From: Octopus sinensis
Taxonomy: Eukaryota
NCBI RefSeq assembly: GCF_006345805.1
Contig: NC_043008.1
Span: 71,300,001-71,364,000 of the forward strand
Reading direction: 5' to 3'
Length of the DNA stretch: 64,000 bases
Made by a program: the position numbers and the translations under genes. The stretch's first letter is position 1. The number at the start of each line of letters is the position of its first letter. Under the pieces are notes generated by a model. The model saw nothing but the letters and a program-made list of their open reading frames with translations, was not told where the DNA came from and made no database searches. Positions 1 through 13,212 of this stretch are shown piece by piece.

Positions 1-273
1 TCACACACAATAATACATACATTTATACAAACATACATACCTACATATATAGATACATGCATACATGCATACACATACATATGTTCGTATATACGTATAA
101 GTATATATATAAATATATACATGTATCGATGTGTGTGTGCATCTGTGTATGTGTGAGGGCTTGTCTGTAAATATGTGTATATGTGCATATACATGCGAAT
201 GTATATTTATATATATATGTAACCACACACACATACATACATATATATATATATATGTATATACATATATATA

Positions 274-308
<35 letters not shown>

Positions 309-330
309 CATGCTTGCATGAATGGATGTA
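1..330. repeat. Compound (TACA)/(TA)/(TG) microsatellite
   Basis: Directly visible di- and tetranucleotide runs; source of spurious Y/I/C/V/H/T-rich ORFs. Confidence 0.95.
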
Positions 331-894
331 TGCATGTATGTACATTGCAATGACTATATATTTTATATTCATTTGTTTTTAAATGTGATATTTTCTTTTT
401 ACTTCCTATCACTTTTTCTTCTACCTCAGGTAAAATGTAGTTTTGTTTTCTCTTTGATATTTCAAGTTGTTGTTTCAATATTGATTTTGTACTAGTTTAC
501 AAATTCTTTATTACTTCAAGCAAAGGGTTTCACACATTTTCAACTAAAACTGAAATCTTCGCACTTTGTCACGACGGCACGGTGATAGATTGAAGAAATA
601 AGTAAATTAATGGTAAAAGAATTATACACAGAACCGATTCATGTTTAGAGGAAAATCTGTGTTTATTAAATCAGTTCTAAATTCTATCAAAAAGAATTCT
701 TTGAATGAAGTTAGAAAAGTAAAACAAATGTTTAAAAATAATATTTGCAGTAGCAGAAAACAAAAATTCCGACATATATGATGTTTTTTATTCGCTTCTC
801 ACACGAGTGTATTTTTGTGTGTGTGGCTGTGTTTGTTCGTGTATCTGTCTGTCTGTCTGTGTGTCTTTCCGCACGCGTGTTTTTATATTTCTCT

Positions 895-1136
<242 letters not shown>

Positions 1137-1794
1137 TCATATTGTCACAATGAAGAATAAGAGTCGAAATTTTATTCTCCGTATTCTCCATGGAAAGAGC
1201 AGCAGGATGACTTGGAACTGTCAATCACCATTTTGCAATTATAAAGTATAACAATGTTGCAAAGGAAATATATATTTATATTTAAGGGAAACCTATAACG
1301 AAACAATTTTATAGAAAGCTTTTCTAACAGATGTGAAGTATGCTAAGAAAGTACACTTAGTAATGAACATGAATTTTCGCTTACTACCTTCAAAATAATA
1401 CATACTTAATTTAAATGTTTATTCAACTGCAGACCGAAATTTTATAAAAAAAAAAAGCATTTGTTAAATGCTATTTTCTATTTAAGAATAATCATTATGT
1501 TCATAAGCACCCAGAGGAGTCTTTGAGTAAATTGAAGGTTAGACGTCCACTTAAATGCCACATGATTCACATAGCATAATAACGTAGAAATAAAAGTAAG
1601 AACAACAAGTTCTTGGGGAAATATAAATAAAGCAATCAAAGAAAATGGTGTCTCTTTATATAAAATGAAACCGAATTCTGTTTTCAAATTATTGAATATT
1701 TTCGTTACAAATGAAAGTTTCGAAGCGCGAGTCTTTATTTTTTCTAATATATAGTTCAGTGTTTCTTCAGTTAGTTCGACATTTTCAAATCCAT

Positions 1795-1963
1795 TTGTAT
1801 GTATGTATGTATGTATGTATGTATGTATGTATGTATGTATGTATGTATGTATGTATGCATGTATGCATGTATGCATGTATGCATGTATGTATGTATGTAC
1901 GTATGTATGTACGCATGTATGCATGCATGTACGTATGTATGTATCTATCTGAATATATATATT

Positions 1964-1994
<31 letters not shown>

Positions 1995-2030
1995 TTATAT
2001 ATGTACAATACATACATATATGCAAGGACG
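1795..2030. repeat. (TATG)n/(TA)n microsatellite
   Basis: Directly visible. Confidence 0.95.
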
Positions 2031-3576
2031 CACGCACGTAGGCACATACACACGCAGTCATATACACACTTATTAATTTCTTGTAGCGACGCTCTCATGC
2101 CACATGCGACTAAAATATACTACCAAGTATATTAAAATCTCCATTCAATACTCCATCCTACCTTAGTTAGCAGTGTGATTCAGTCACTGTTTAAAATTCT
2201 CTGTATAGATTTTCTATAAGAATTTGAGCCAGCACTCAAAGTTATGAGGTTTCGTATACGAATATATCTGTGCAAACAATAGCATGCATATTTCAGGAGT
2301 TAATGTTTTTTTTATCAGCGCCCCATCCAACCGATTAATAAACCACAAACACATTGCTTAAACAGCCACTGAATTTAGAAGTGTAGCACAACTGGGTATA
2401 TCAATTTTACATATTAAACACATTCGTGGCAACTGTTACGTGCATATCAATTGCTGGTAGGGACACCATATTTCCTCATGCAGCCATAATATATTTTATC
2501 AAGTATTTTAAATGCTTAAAAGTCAATTCTGTGTCCTACCTCTATTAGCAGTGAAATTCAATCACTTTTTGATGTTGTCACTACAATGTGTGTGTGGGCG
2601 GTTAACGAGTTGGATGTGGTTGTGATGAATACATATTGACGTATATGTATACAAAGCGTCGTGACTATCAGTGTTGGCTCTAATTTCTATAGAAATTTTC
2701 ATTTTTGTCGGAATCGTCATCAGCAAATGTGTAACAATCTTTACCTATCCCTAAATAAACTTATTATAAAGGCAGGAATACTTGGGGTTAAAGTAAACTG
2801 GGTAAGCCAGTTAAAGTATATAACATATTTCTTGGCTACGAATTGAAAGTTAAGTTACTCATATGTTAAAAAAAACACTTAATTAGTATAATTTACAATA
2901 AGTTATTGCTAGACACAATTATTTGTGAATCTTCGACATTTTCCTGAGTGACTAAATATGTCTGATAATGTGGGTGAATGGAAGAATCTCAGATGAAATG
3001 ATGGTATATATAAATAGTCTATACTGCGTATGATGAAGTTCTAAAGTAACCGTGGAATTGTTATGATAAATATTCTTGTTATCTCTACAACGTTTCTTTA
3101 AAAGTAAATGCCCTGAAATACATCCATACGCGATGATGTATTATATACTTCACTTTTCTTCCTCGGCTATTATGATTTTACCGGGGTCTACAATAAATAG
3201 ATATGATTTTTGCAGACTCACGTCACATATCATTTTTGAATTACTAAACGATGTAAACTTAACGTAATTTTTTTAAAAATAAAATTGGTAAAGTTTGAAG
3301 TATCGAATGATATATCTACATTGAGTAAGCATCGAGATGTCAGTCGTAGCCAAAATTTCGCGTTGTTAACATATGGGACAAGTCAGTTTCTGACACAGAA
3401 TAAATATCTTTTCATGTTTTAGTTTTTCCCTGAAATAAATGATTCGTAAACTTAATAAAATGTAATGGTTACTTCTTATATTTAACAGGTGATTTAAGAC
3501 AATAATACTTTCTGTCATAGTTTGCATAGTTTGAGTTTTCATGTTGCAGCATTGCTATACAACGAGTATCTCTGTA

Positions 3577-3770
3577 CAGGGTCGGCCAGAAGTCACAAAG
3601 AGTTTTCAATATTTAATAACACCAATATTTCCCAACTGCACAATTTGCGTTCGCTGTCTTCCTTACAATTTACATTGTTAATTTCGAAAGTCTTTTCTAA
3701 AACCGTTAAATATAAAAACGAAAGCGTAATTAAAAATATGAAATTTTTGACACTTTTAAGACACTCGGCA
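3577..3770. mobile_element. Possible degenerate Tc1/mariner-type MITE (~195 bp)
   Basis: Starts TA|CAGGGTCGGCCAGAAGTC; the far end (AAATTTTTGACACTTTTAAGACACTCGGCA) is only loosely complementary. Confidence 0.3.
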
Positions 3771-4194
3771 TCTACCATATGAAATGTGTGCATATTTAAA
3801 AGTAAAGTGTACGTTCAAGAGTGAAGATATTGTACTTTACGATAGAATTACATTTTGCATTGCAATACATCCAGGATAGCAATTCGTGTGAAAGGAGTCT
3901 TACAATTTAACATTCCCCATTTCAGTATCAGTAATGTGGCATCTATCAATGATAGGCATTAGCATAAAATCTACTCTTAAAAGTATTATATACACTATAC
4001 TCTTTCAGTGTATGTTCATCACAAAGAGTAATTAATGCACATTTCTATCTGGCTCTGATTGTATTGACCATAATCTTCTGCTATATTGGCACCCATGTTT
4101 GTCCCCTTTAAATATTATATTTGACATGTCTTACTCTATAAGTTTCATAAAAGTGTCAATGTAAGCGCAGCAGTAAAGTCTTTTCACATCTTAT

Positions 4195-4800
4195 TGAGAT
4201 GCTGTAGTGAGTGAAAGACGTTGCAGGCGTGGAGATTTGAGTTTGAAAGACGAACCAAGAGAAGGTCGTCCAAAACAACTGGATTCTGAAGAGTAGGAAT
4301 CTATTGTTACATAGAAATTCAACCGCTACTTCTAGATAACTTGCAGAACAGTTTAACGTAGCCAATACGAATGTCCTACGTCTACTGAAAAGGATAGGAA
4401 TGGTTTCAGTGGTTTGAAAATGAGTCCCGCACGAACTGTCTCCAGGGAATCTGCATCAGAGAGTTGTTTATTTTCAGTCATTCCTTTTACGACACCTTAA
4501 GTAACCATTTTAGCGAACGCTTATTACAGGTGATGAGAAGTGGATCCTTTATCATAACGTTAAACGCTGCAGATCATGAATCAGTTGTGAAGAAGAACTG
4601 TTCAACAACCAACAGGAGGACGTCATCCAAGGAAGATCATGTTGAATGTACGGTGGAATATTTAAGGATTTGTCCATTACGAACTGTTAGACAACAAACA
4701 ATTACTACTAATCTCTACTGTGGTCAACTTCATCGTTTGAATGTTGCTTTGAACAGAAAGCAACCTTGCTTAGTCAACAGAAATGGTATCATCTTTCATA
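4195..4800 (+). mobile_element. Mariner (DD34D) transposase fragment, frameshifted
   Basis: Translates GDLSLKDEPREGRPKQLD, ITGDEKWILYHNVKR, HPRKIML, QTITTNLYCGQLHRLNVALNRKQPCLVNRNGIIFH; ends just before the expected HDNARPH motif. Confidence 0.9.
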
Positions 4801-5039
4801 TCATAAGGAAGAATGGACAACTATGCATCTTCAAAAAGTGTTTTCTGCAGTGTCATTCACAATAAATTTATATTAGATTTCAATCCGACACCTATTTCGA
4901 TTGCACAAGTGTCCTAATGTACTTTGATGTAGAATTTATGTGCATTTAAAAGCATCAGTTGCAGTACATATTTATCCAGGGTAGACATTCCTAAACAGTT
5001 TTGTTGAAATTTTCACAAGCATGTGGGTGAAACAAGCTG

Positions 5040-5750
5040 AAGCATCACTGTTAGAAAGTACTTCTTAAAGTATATTTTTGTTGAAGGATCATGACAAAAA
5101 AATAAGATGTGCATGTCAAGTTGACCCAAGCTGCCTCCATGTTGGTCTTTGGCATGCTGGTAGAGTATGGAGGAATGATTTTTGTCGTCATATTGTTCGT
5201 TTAATCCTAGATGTCTCTCCTATGTACGTCATGTTCATGTCTTTACAAGCACCTTCTATGCATCTTATGCTGTAAACTACATTTCGAGATCTACAGTTAA
5301 TCCTACATACCATGCAATTATCATTGGTGCACATGGTATTCTCAAAGGGGTACGTCCTACATAGTTGTGATCTGACGGAGTTCCCTAGCCTTTCAACAAT
5401 CTTAATGTTGAGTTTGGTCTCATTCACAGTTTTTCTAAATTTACGGGCCAGTTCTCCATGGGCTGTGGCTTCTACAAACATCACTCCTTCATATTTGTCG
5501 AATTTATACCACGTGTTCGTTCTGTTTGAGTTGTCACAAGTTCTTTGTATCCTATTCCATTCTTTGTTTCTATATCAAGGGCAGGTACCACTGGTATCAT
5601 TACGTATAATGTTGTCTAATTTCTTTTAAGCCCCCTTGTATACTCGAACCCTATCTTTCTGACCATATCCAGAGAACTGCATGCGGTGCATGAAGTTCTG
5701 TAAATGTTTTTCATTTCATAGGGTTCGCATATTGGGGAGACTTTATTCAT
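5040..5750 (-). mobile_element. Penelope-like element (Naiad/Chlamys type): RT C-terminus, linker and GIY-YIG endonuclease fragment
   Basis: Minus strand gives MQFSGYGQKDRVRVY..., YRNKEWNRIQR...WYKFDKYEGVMFVEATAHGELARKFRKTV...IKIVERLGNSVRSQLCR, then CMVCRINCRSRNVVYSIRCIEGAC...YIGETSR (GIY-YIG), then SILYQHAKDQH. Confidence 0.88.
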
Positions 5751-6029
5751 TATTCTAATTAAGTCTGCTATCAGTATGTTAATTTTCACACACATGCGCA
5801 CAAACATACAAAAAGAAAGGCAGTGTAAATAATGGACAGTCAACAACTATTGAAAAGGTTGCAAGACGGAACGAAAATTTTAGGAAAGTAAAAATAAGAA
5901 ATAAGTGGAAATTTTACCGGTGAGTATGTTACATTATAAGGCACAAAAAAATGACTCTCTCCAGACACAACAGAATATGCTTCAACAGACGAACTAGCAA
6001 AAAAGAATTTGGCAAAGCAAATCCAAAAA

Positions 6030-6118
6030 CGAAATACACATACACACATATATATATATACATACATATATATATATATATACATACATACATACACACA
6101 CACACAAACACACACACA

Positions 6119-6189
<71 letters not shown>

Positions 6190-6190
6190 G
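6030..6190. repeat. (TA)/(CA) microsatellite
   Basis: Directly visible. Confidence 0.95.
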
Positions 6191-6829
6191 TATTTTACAC
6201 CTATCATATACGTATCTTACTTCTATCATTTACTAAAACTATCATGTTTTAAAACAGAAATACATATACGCTAAAACTCTTTATTTAACGTATTAGCAAC
6301 AGCTGTCAAGAATCTTAATCATTGCTCGAATCCTATATGTATTGTGCCTCATATTTATGATCATCGAGATCTTGTTTCTCTACAGAATTTTTACACTTCA
6401 TTCTACGTTTACAGGCATAGCTCATCTCGTCACATTAAGAATACCTCTGCTATAACTATACATTTTCTTTGGAAAAACTCATGTCGGACGAGGCTAAATA
6501 ACTGCAACATTTTAGATTAGTGTTAAATTTTTTCTTTGCAAATAAATATGGTTAACTATTGAAAAGAATCGACTTATCTCTGAATTCAGTTTTGAAGTAT
6601 GTTTATATAAAGTATTTTGTAATAATGTAGATTAACGCATAGATGTTCATGTGAGTGTATATACGTGTGTAACTCTATGTATACCTACATGCACACCGAC
6701 ATACAAACATATAAGTAGCTCGACAGTTAGGTAAGTATTCCTCTATATATAAATACAGATGTATACATATATTTATATATTCTAAATAGATACGCATGTA
6801 CATATAAACCTTAAGCAAGTATGTACACA

Positions 6830-6849
6830 TACATGTATGTACGTATATA

Positions 6850-6906
<57 letters not shown>

Positions 6907-6977
6907 ATGTGTGTGAGTGTGTGTGTATGTGTGTGTGTCTGTATATCTCTATGTATATATACTTATCTCTATATCCA

Positions 6978-7031
<54 letters not shown>

Positions 7032-7070
7032 AGTATATACATATGTATGTATGTGTTTGTATCTATACAT
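6830..7070. repeat. (TA)/(TG) microsatellite
   Basis: Directly visible. Confidence 0.95.
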
Positions 7071-7429
7071 GGATGCATGCACTTACATGTGTTGGAGTTA
7101 ACAATGCACTAGGAGGTCTCTTTGCACTAAATCAGCATTACATACGGCGCATGATTACATACAAATGCAAAGATAAATGATTCACAAATCAACATGACAT
7201 TTCCTACACTTTTGAAATAATGTACAATTTTCAATATTTTCAGCTATTATGAAAATTAATTTCTTGCCTGTAACCGTGATGTATCATAAGAAACATCTAT
7301 TACAACTTTGAGATGAATACATCATTTGAAGCTTCTCTAGTGTCATGTGGTTGAATGTTGGGTGTACTTTAGTATTTCACACCAAGGCAATCTATCCACT
7401 TATATTAACTCCAATATAATCAGTGACAG

Positions 7430-7459
7430 GACGTGTATTTATGTGTATTTATGTGTATT

Positions 7460-7491
<32 letters not shown>

Positions 7492-7580
7492 TGTATGTAT
7501 GTATGTATGCATGTATGCATGTATGCATGTATGTATGTATGTATGTATGTATGTATGTATGTATATATGTATATATATAT
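7430..7580. repeat. (TATG)n microsatellite
   Basis: Directly visible. Confidence 0.95.
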
Positions 7581-7582
7581 CT

Positions 7583-7840
7583 GTGGAGGCGCGTGGCTTA
7601 GTGGTTAGGTTGTCAACATCATGATCGTAAGATTGTGGTTTCGATTCCTGGACCGGGCGACGCGTTGTGTTCTTGAGCAAAACACTTCAATTCACATTGC
7701 TCCAGTTTACTCAGCTAGCAAAAATGAATAACGCTGCGATGGACTGGCCTCCCATCAAGCTGGGGAACACATGCGCCATTGAAACCACAAAACCTGGCCT
7801 ATGAGCCTCCCTAGGATTTAAAAGGGCGCATTTATTATTT
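7583..7840 (+). mobile_element. tRNA-derived SINE, family A, tail type 1
   Basis: A-box TGGCTTAGTGG, B-box GTTTCGATTCC, CORE-like CTTGAGCAAAACACTT...TTGCTCC, tail GCGATGGACTGGC...GGGGAAC, ends in TTTAT repeats. Head matches copies at 57736 and 34330-34441. Confidence 0.85.
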
Positions 7841-8065
7841 ATTTTATATATATACATTCATGCATATATACATGTCTGTATATACAATATATAATGTATA
7901 TTATAATTTGGTGATTGACAACTAAAAGTCTATTCTCAGCATATTTGCATAGAAATCTCTTGGTTTTCCCCTTGTTTATAAATTGTTTATAATTTTCCCA
8001 TTTAAAGGTATTTTAATATGTTGCCACTTTTGATGAAAATTTATTTTGGAAACAATTTATCCTAC

Positions 8066-8102
<37 letters not shown>

Positions 8103-8106
8103 TACT

Positions 8107-8405
8107 CACAGTTTCTCTCAATAGGAACGTTCCACCTTCGAATGAGAGCATGTATCCTACCCCGTAAAGTTCTGTCGACTGTTCTTTCAGCCACTTCTTC
8201 ACTACAGTTTTCACTTCCTCGTCACTGGAATAATGTTTGCCTCTCAAACCCTCTTTCATCGGGTCGAAGAGATGATAGTCCAGTCACAATAATAGTCCAG
8301 TGACGGAGAAGTGAAAACTGTAGTGAAGAAGTAGCTCAAGACAATTTTACGGGGCCGGGTTACATGCTCTCATTCGAAAGGGAAATATTGCTATTGCGTG
8401 AAACT
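8107..8405. mobile_element. Mariner transposase C-terminal fragment with a local inverted duplication
   Basis: Minus strand 8290 to 8107 gives DYHLFDPMKEGLRGKHYSSDEEVKTVVKKWLKEQSTE; 8297-8405 is a diverged plus-strand copy of 8110-8228. Confidence 0.85.
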
Positions 8406-8494
8406 TCAGGTGTTCGTAATTATACCTGTCCTAAACAAAATGGCATTACCTTCTTCCCAGCTCTCCTGTGTGACACCTCTGTCCGGCCATCGCC

Positions 8495-8660
8495 ATGATA
8501 GATCGCTAGCCACTATAACTTTTTCTGTTTTCTCTCCCTGTTGAAGATCGTAGGCTCGAAACCTAAAACACTTTCTCACTTCCCGAGGATTAAATTAACA
8601 CATCTGCTTGTTGTTTACACATCCGTCTTCGTCTTTTGTTTTTTTGTAAATTCTCAGCAT
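8495..8660 (+). repeat. Short interspersed repeat with hammerhead-like motif, copy 1 (degenerate)
   Basis: CTGTTGAAGATCGTAGGCTCGAAACCTAAAAC plus downstream ...CTTCGTCTTTTGTTT and (TA)n; homologous to 32779-32980 and 43720-43905. Confidence 0.7.
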
Positions 8661-9679
8661 ATATATATATATATTTCACTGGCTTTGCTAGCCTGCTTGT
8701 ACACGCTCAAATTTACACACTAATCAGCATGAACAGACGGATTTTTCGTTCAACTTCTATTTATCTCCCCTCTTTCATCCTCCTCTCTCGATCCTCTCTT
8801 CACCACAGTTATCGTCATCTTGATAACAGGTAGCTTCCGCATTTCTGACGTTGTCTCCTCGGTATATTTCATCGCTAAAATTTACCCCTGGATTCCCTCC
8901 CCCCTTTCTCCCCGCTTAGGATCAATGTCTAAAAAAATATGTTTAACAAAATCCATTTTCTTTTCTCTCTGTATTTATAACAGGTTTCAGTCTGCTTTCA
9001 CGATCTGCAATTGCTACTAGGCGCTACAACATTACTTCCAAACTTTACATTTATCCTGTAACCCTTTCTCTCTATTTCTTTCTGTCTCTTCTCTCCTTCT
9101 TTCTTTCTTTCTCACTCCACACACCCGATACATACATACATACATAGAGACATTCATACACACATACATACACACACACACATACAAACACACACATATA
9201 TTATTTCAAATTATTCGTCTTTTGCTTTTAGCTGGCTGTGCTCACTACAATAAATATTACTATTTACTTTTACAAATTTATATCACTTTTTCACACTCCC
9301 TTTAACTTCTTTTCAACCTCACACTCACACCAGCTTCATCCTCCCACTCATTCTCTCTACACTTTTCTCTTACATACGGTACGATCACACCGACATATCA
9401 ACCTCCCACATTGCCAGTGATAAACGCATAAATGGCCACGCAGGAAAGTGCATCTCCCCACACACAGATGCACAGAAACCTATCACATACGCACATACGT
9501 ACAAACACAAACGTGGGTGTATATAGGTCAGGGGTGATTCTTTTAAATGCATCTCAGTGCTTGACTGATAGTTTATCTTATGTATCTCTTAGGAAGAACG
9601 ACAAAATACTGCTATTGTGATTTCATCTACGGAACGTAAGGCTTCGGAACAACTACAAAAGTATCAACACCCCTCCTCC

Positions 9680-9699
9680 GCCTCCTCCTCCTCCTCCTC

Positions 9700-9740
<41 letters not shown>

Positions 9741-9981
9741 GCCACTGCCACTACTGCTGCTGTCAGTATTACAACCGCTGCTGCTACTACTTCTACTTTT
9801 ACTACTACAGCTACTACAACTACTACAACTAATAATTATAACCACAACAGCAATAGCAGCAACAGCATCGTCATCATCATCATCGTCATCATCATCATCG
9901 TCGTCGTCATCATCATCATCATCATCATCATCAACAACAAAAACAACAACGATGACAATAATGATAATAATAATAATAATA

Positions 9982-10029
<48 letters not shown>

Positions 10030-10067
10030 CATATTATTATTATTATTAATGTTTATTATTATTATTT
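9680..10067. repeat. Compound trinucleotide microsatellite (CCT)(CTA)(CAT)(AAT)
   Basis: Directly visible. Confidence 0.95.
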
Positions 10068-10125
10068 CGTCTGTCGTTATGTTCTGAGTTCAAATCCCGC
10101 CGAGATCGACTTTGCCTTTCTTCAG
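10068..10125 (+). mobile_element. SINE family C fragment (Meta-domain-like)
   Basis: TTCTGAGTTCAAATCCCGCCGAGATCGACTTTGCCTTTC matches the longer copy at 34119-34327 (minus). Confidence 0.7.
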
Positions 10126-10479
10126 GTATATTGTTTTCAATGATTTTCAAGTCAAATACTTCCCAGATGTACTCTTGCACTTGCGATGAGTACATATGCA
10201 AGAGCTCGTAAAAATGTGCATCAGTAATTTACTGTGTAGCTCGTGTAATTTAATCCCATGTTTTTCAAACTTATCTCTTTCCGAGATTCCGTGTGTAAGA
10301 TTCATTCTCACAAATGGCCTAACAAATGGGTAATTCAAATCTAAGGAAGTTAACTAGCTTCCTCCTCATGTGGTTTGGGCTTCTCTATTTAGGAGATGTA
10401 TTTTTCTTCACCCGAGATGTTTCCACTTATCGGAATATTGGACCATCATCCAATATCTTATTGGGTATGTAGTTCTGGA

Positions 10480-11364
10480 GCTGATAAACTCTTTGAACGC
10501 ACTTTCAGCATCGGTTTTATTTTTGAACTCCTACTCTCGCAGGAAACCATCAAGGTGCTTGAAAAAGCACCTTGACCTGTCTACGACGGAGGAGTAGCAG
10601 TTCTTCGTTCATTTTGGCAATTCCAATGCAATATGTTTCTGCAGTAATGGTTTTTCCGGTTTTAAGATGTTATAGCGGACGAGTCAAGCAGTATACCACC
10701 AAACAGTCACCATAACAATGTTTTGTGAAGAGCTCGGGTTTAGGGAAGGTTTTCGGTGCTTCATTTTAGTTCAACCACACTGCGAAAAGCGTTTCTTTAT
10801 TATCGTACAGAATCCACTTTTCATCGCAATTTAAAATACGATGAAGAAATGTGTCGGTCTGGTTATGGAGTAGAAGCGACGAGCAAATTTCTTACCTGCG
10901 CATTTTCTGATTTTCATTCAGAATCGTGGGGTACCCATTTGACGAGCTGTTTTGATTTTCCGATCGCATAGAATTGGTTGCAGGAAGATTTCTTTCGCCA
11001 GTTTTCCGGTGGTTTCACATGTATCTTTCTCAATGAAGGTCTTTACTTGACCGTCATCGATGACAGATGGGCGTCCACTACGCTCACGATCTTCAAGGCT
11101 CATGTCTCCACTGCAAAATCGGTTAAAGCATTTTCAAGCTGACCACTCACTGGTCATTTTCTCACCAAACGTATCATTGATATCGCGAGCACTTTCAGCC
11201 GCTTTACGTCTTTTCTTGAAGCTTTGGCAGTTCCATTTCAGATGATTACAACATGTCTGCATCGCCCGTAAATTTCAAAATAACGTTTAAAAAAGATTGA
11301 ATACTCTGCAACACTCCGGTACAAATTCTTCGTGCCTAAAAACGTTGCTTATTTTTTACTCAAC

Positions 11365-11370
<6 letters not shown>
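10480..11370 (-). mobile_element. Mariner transposon (Hsmar1/cecropia-like), near-complete transposase pseudogene with 5' TIR
   Basis: Minus strand gives RKAAESARDINDTFGE, SGDMSLEDRERSGRPS, KWVPHDL, RILNCDEKWILYDN, VMVTVWW, FFKHLDGFLRE*EFKNKTDAESAFKEFISSR. TIR-like end TA|TCAGGTTGAGTAAAAAATAAGCAAC runs into (TA)n at 11368. The HDNAR region is deleted. Confidence 0.92.

Positions 11371-11455
<85 letters not shown>
11368..11455. repeat. (TA)n microsatellite
   Basis: Directly visible. Confidence 0.95.
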
Positions 11456-12907
11456 GCTAACAAATATGTTAACACTTTATTTATGCTGCTTCTTCTAAAG
11501 AAAGGAGAGATTTTGAAGCAAAATTGCAACAGTTCCTTGTCCTTGACAACTTGATAAACTAACTATGCTGTTGGGAAAATATTTAACTGAATCCCAAAAT
11601 AAAAGACGCTCCATTCGTGACTATGTTGCCTATATACGTTATATATAATAATGATGTATAATATTTTTGTTCATTGTCTAAAATTAAAGGAAATTGTATA
11701 TAAGGAATTCTGCACCAACTTCTAGCAGTTTGAATGCCGCTCTACTTTTGGGATTGAAGTTAGTTATGTAACATGAAATGATGCTAAGAAATGCTGTTAC
11801 ATGTTAAAGGGTGACAGATGAGTGGTCTTATGATTTCTATCTTAAAAAGCGATTGCTAAAAATCTAGTTTGTCGAAGTCTACATTATATTAGAGAAAAGA
11901 GAACTTTTAATCGATTGATCATATATTTTGTTTGAAGTTTTGGTTTAGAATTGAATTTGGTATATGGAGAAGAAGATGGAACAATGCTCGCTGTATTTTT
12001 GTGTTGCTGCTAACCAATATATCAATTCCTGAAAGTGGCATGTTATTTACTGTAGTCTAAAAGCATTGTGTTGAAAGGAACACCTATAAGAATTATCACT
12101 CACTATTAAAGCATAAGTGCAAATTTTAAAAAATGCGAACGTTCACGATTTATATGAAGTCAAAATTTGAAATATTGGAAATTTGTAAGAAAATTGAATG
12201 AACATCATATAATTAAAAATTAGCTGTTATGTAATATCTGTTAAGGATGTGGTATTTACACCGATGTAACAGAAGAAGTCACAAATCTATGCAAGATTCG
12301 TTAAAGATTTTACTTATAGGGTGTTACAATTTATTTAAAAAAATCATCAGTAGCTATTCGAGATTAAAAAACATACAGTCAATAAAATTTCACTTTTGAT
12401 TGAAAATATCACAATGAATATAGTAAATAGGAAAACAGAATGAATATTTAATGAAAAGTATTGGTGTAAAAAGTGCATTTAAATGTTTTGCACAGAGAAG
12501 TCATGGAATTATAAGAACATGCCATTCTTTGTAATTAGTTTTTTACTTTTTGACGAGGTGATTAAAAAATCGTTTTTGTTTCCAGTGATTTAAAGGAGAA
12601 TAATTGCTACATGTATGCCTGTATATGCATGTATGTGTTTATGTATTTAAATTATTTAATATATATATATTTATTTAATATATACATAGGTATCTGTATA
12701 TATGTGTGTGCGTGTGTGATTATATATATATGTACACAATGACGCACACACACACATACACACATATCTATGCAAATATACGATGTACTTGACATGCTCC
12801 AGTAAGACCTGCAGGTTGAGAGTGTTTGACTTTGAGTGATTCGAAACTAGTTACTTGCCAGAAATGATGATGTACCTCGGAGCGTCCATCATTGGTATCA
12901 CAAAAAT

Positions 12908-13212
12908 AGCCCGATACAATGCGTACCAGACTTAACAAAAAATAAGTATTGTGCCCTACTCATTCGACTGAAAATTCTTCAAGTCGGTGCCCAAGCATGG
13001 CCACAGTTCAATGGCTGAAACATGTAAGAATTAGGACAAAATATATATGTATGTATGCAGACATACACACAAACATGTAAATTTTATCCTAATTTTTACA
13101 TTTCAGTCATTAGATTGTGGCCATGCTTTGGCACCGACTTGAAGAATTTTCAGTCTAATGAATCGACCCCAGGACTTATTTTTGTTAAGTCTCGTACGTA
13201 TTGTGTCGGACT
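12908..13212. repeat. Inverted pair of an interspersed-repeat 3' segment (family D)
   Basis: 12908-13042 is the reverse complement of 13081-13212 with a 38-nt spacer; other family copies lie near 17830-18000, 28070-28190 and 34620-34760. Confidence 0.85.
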
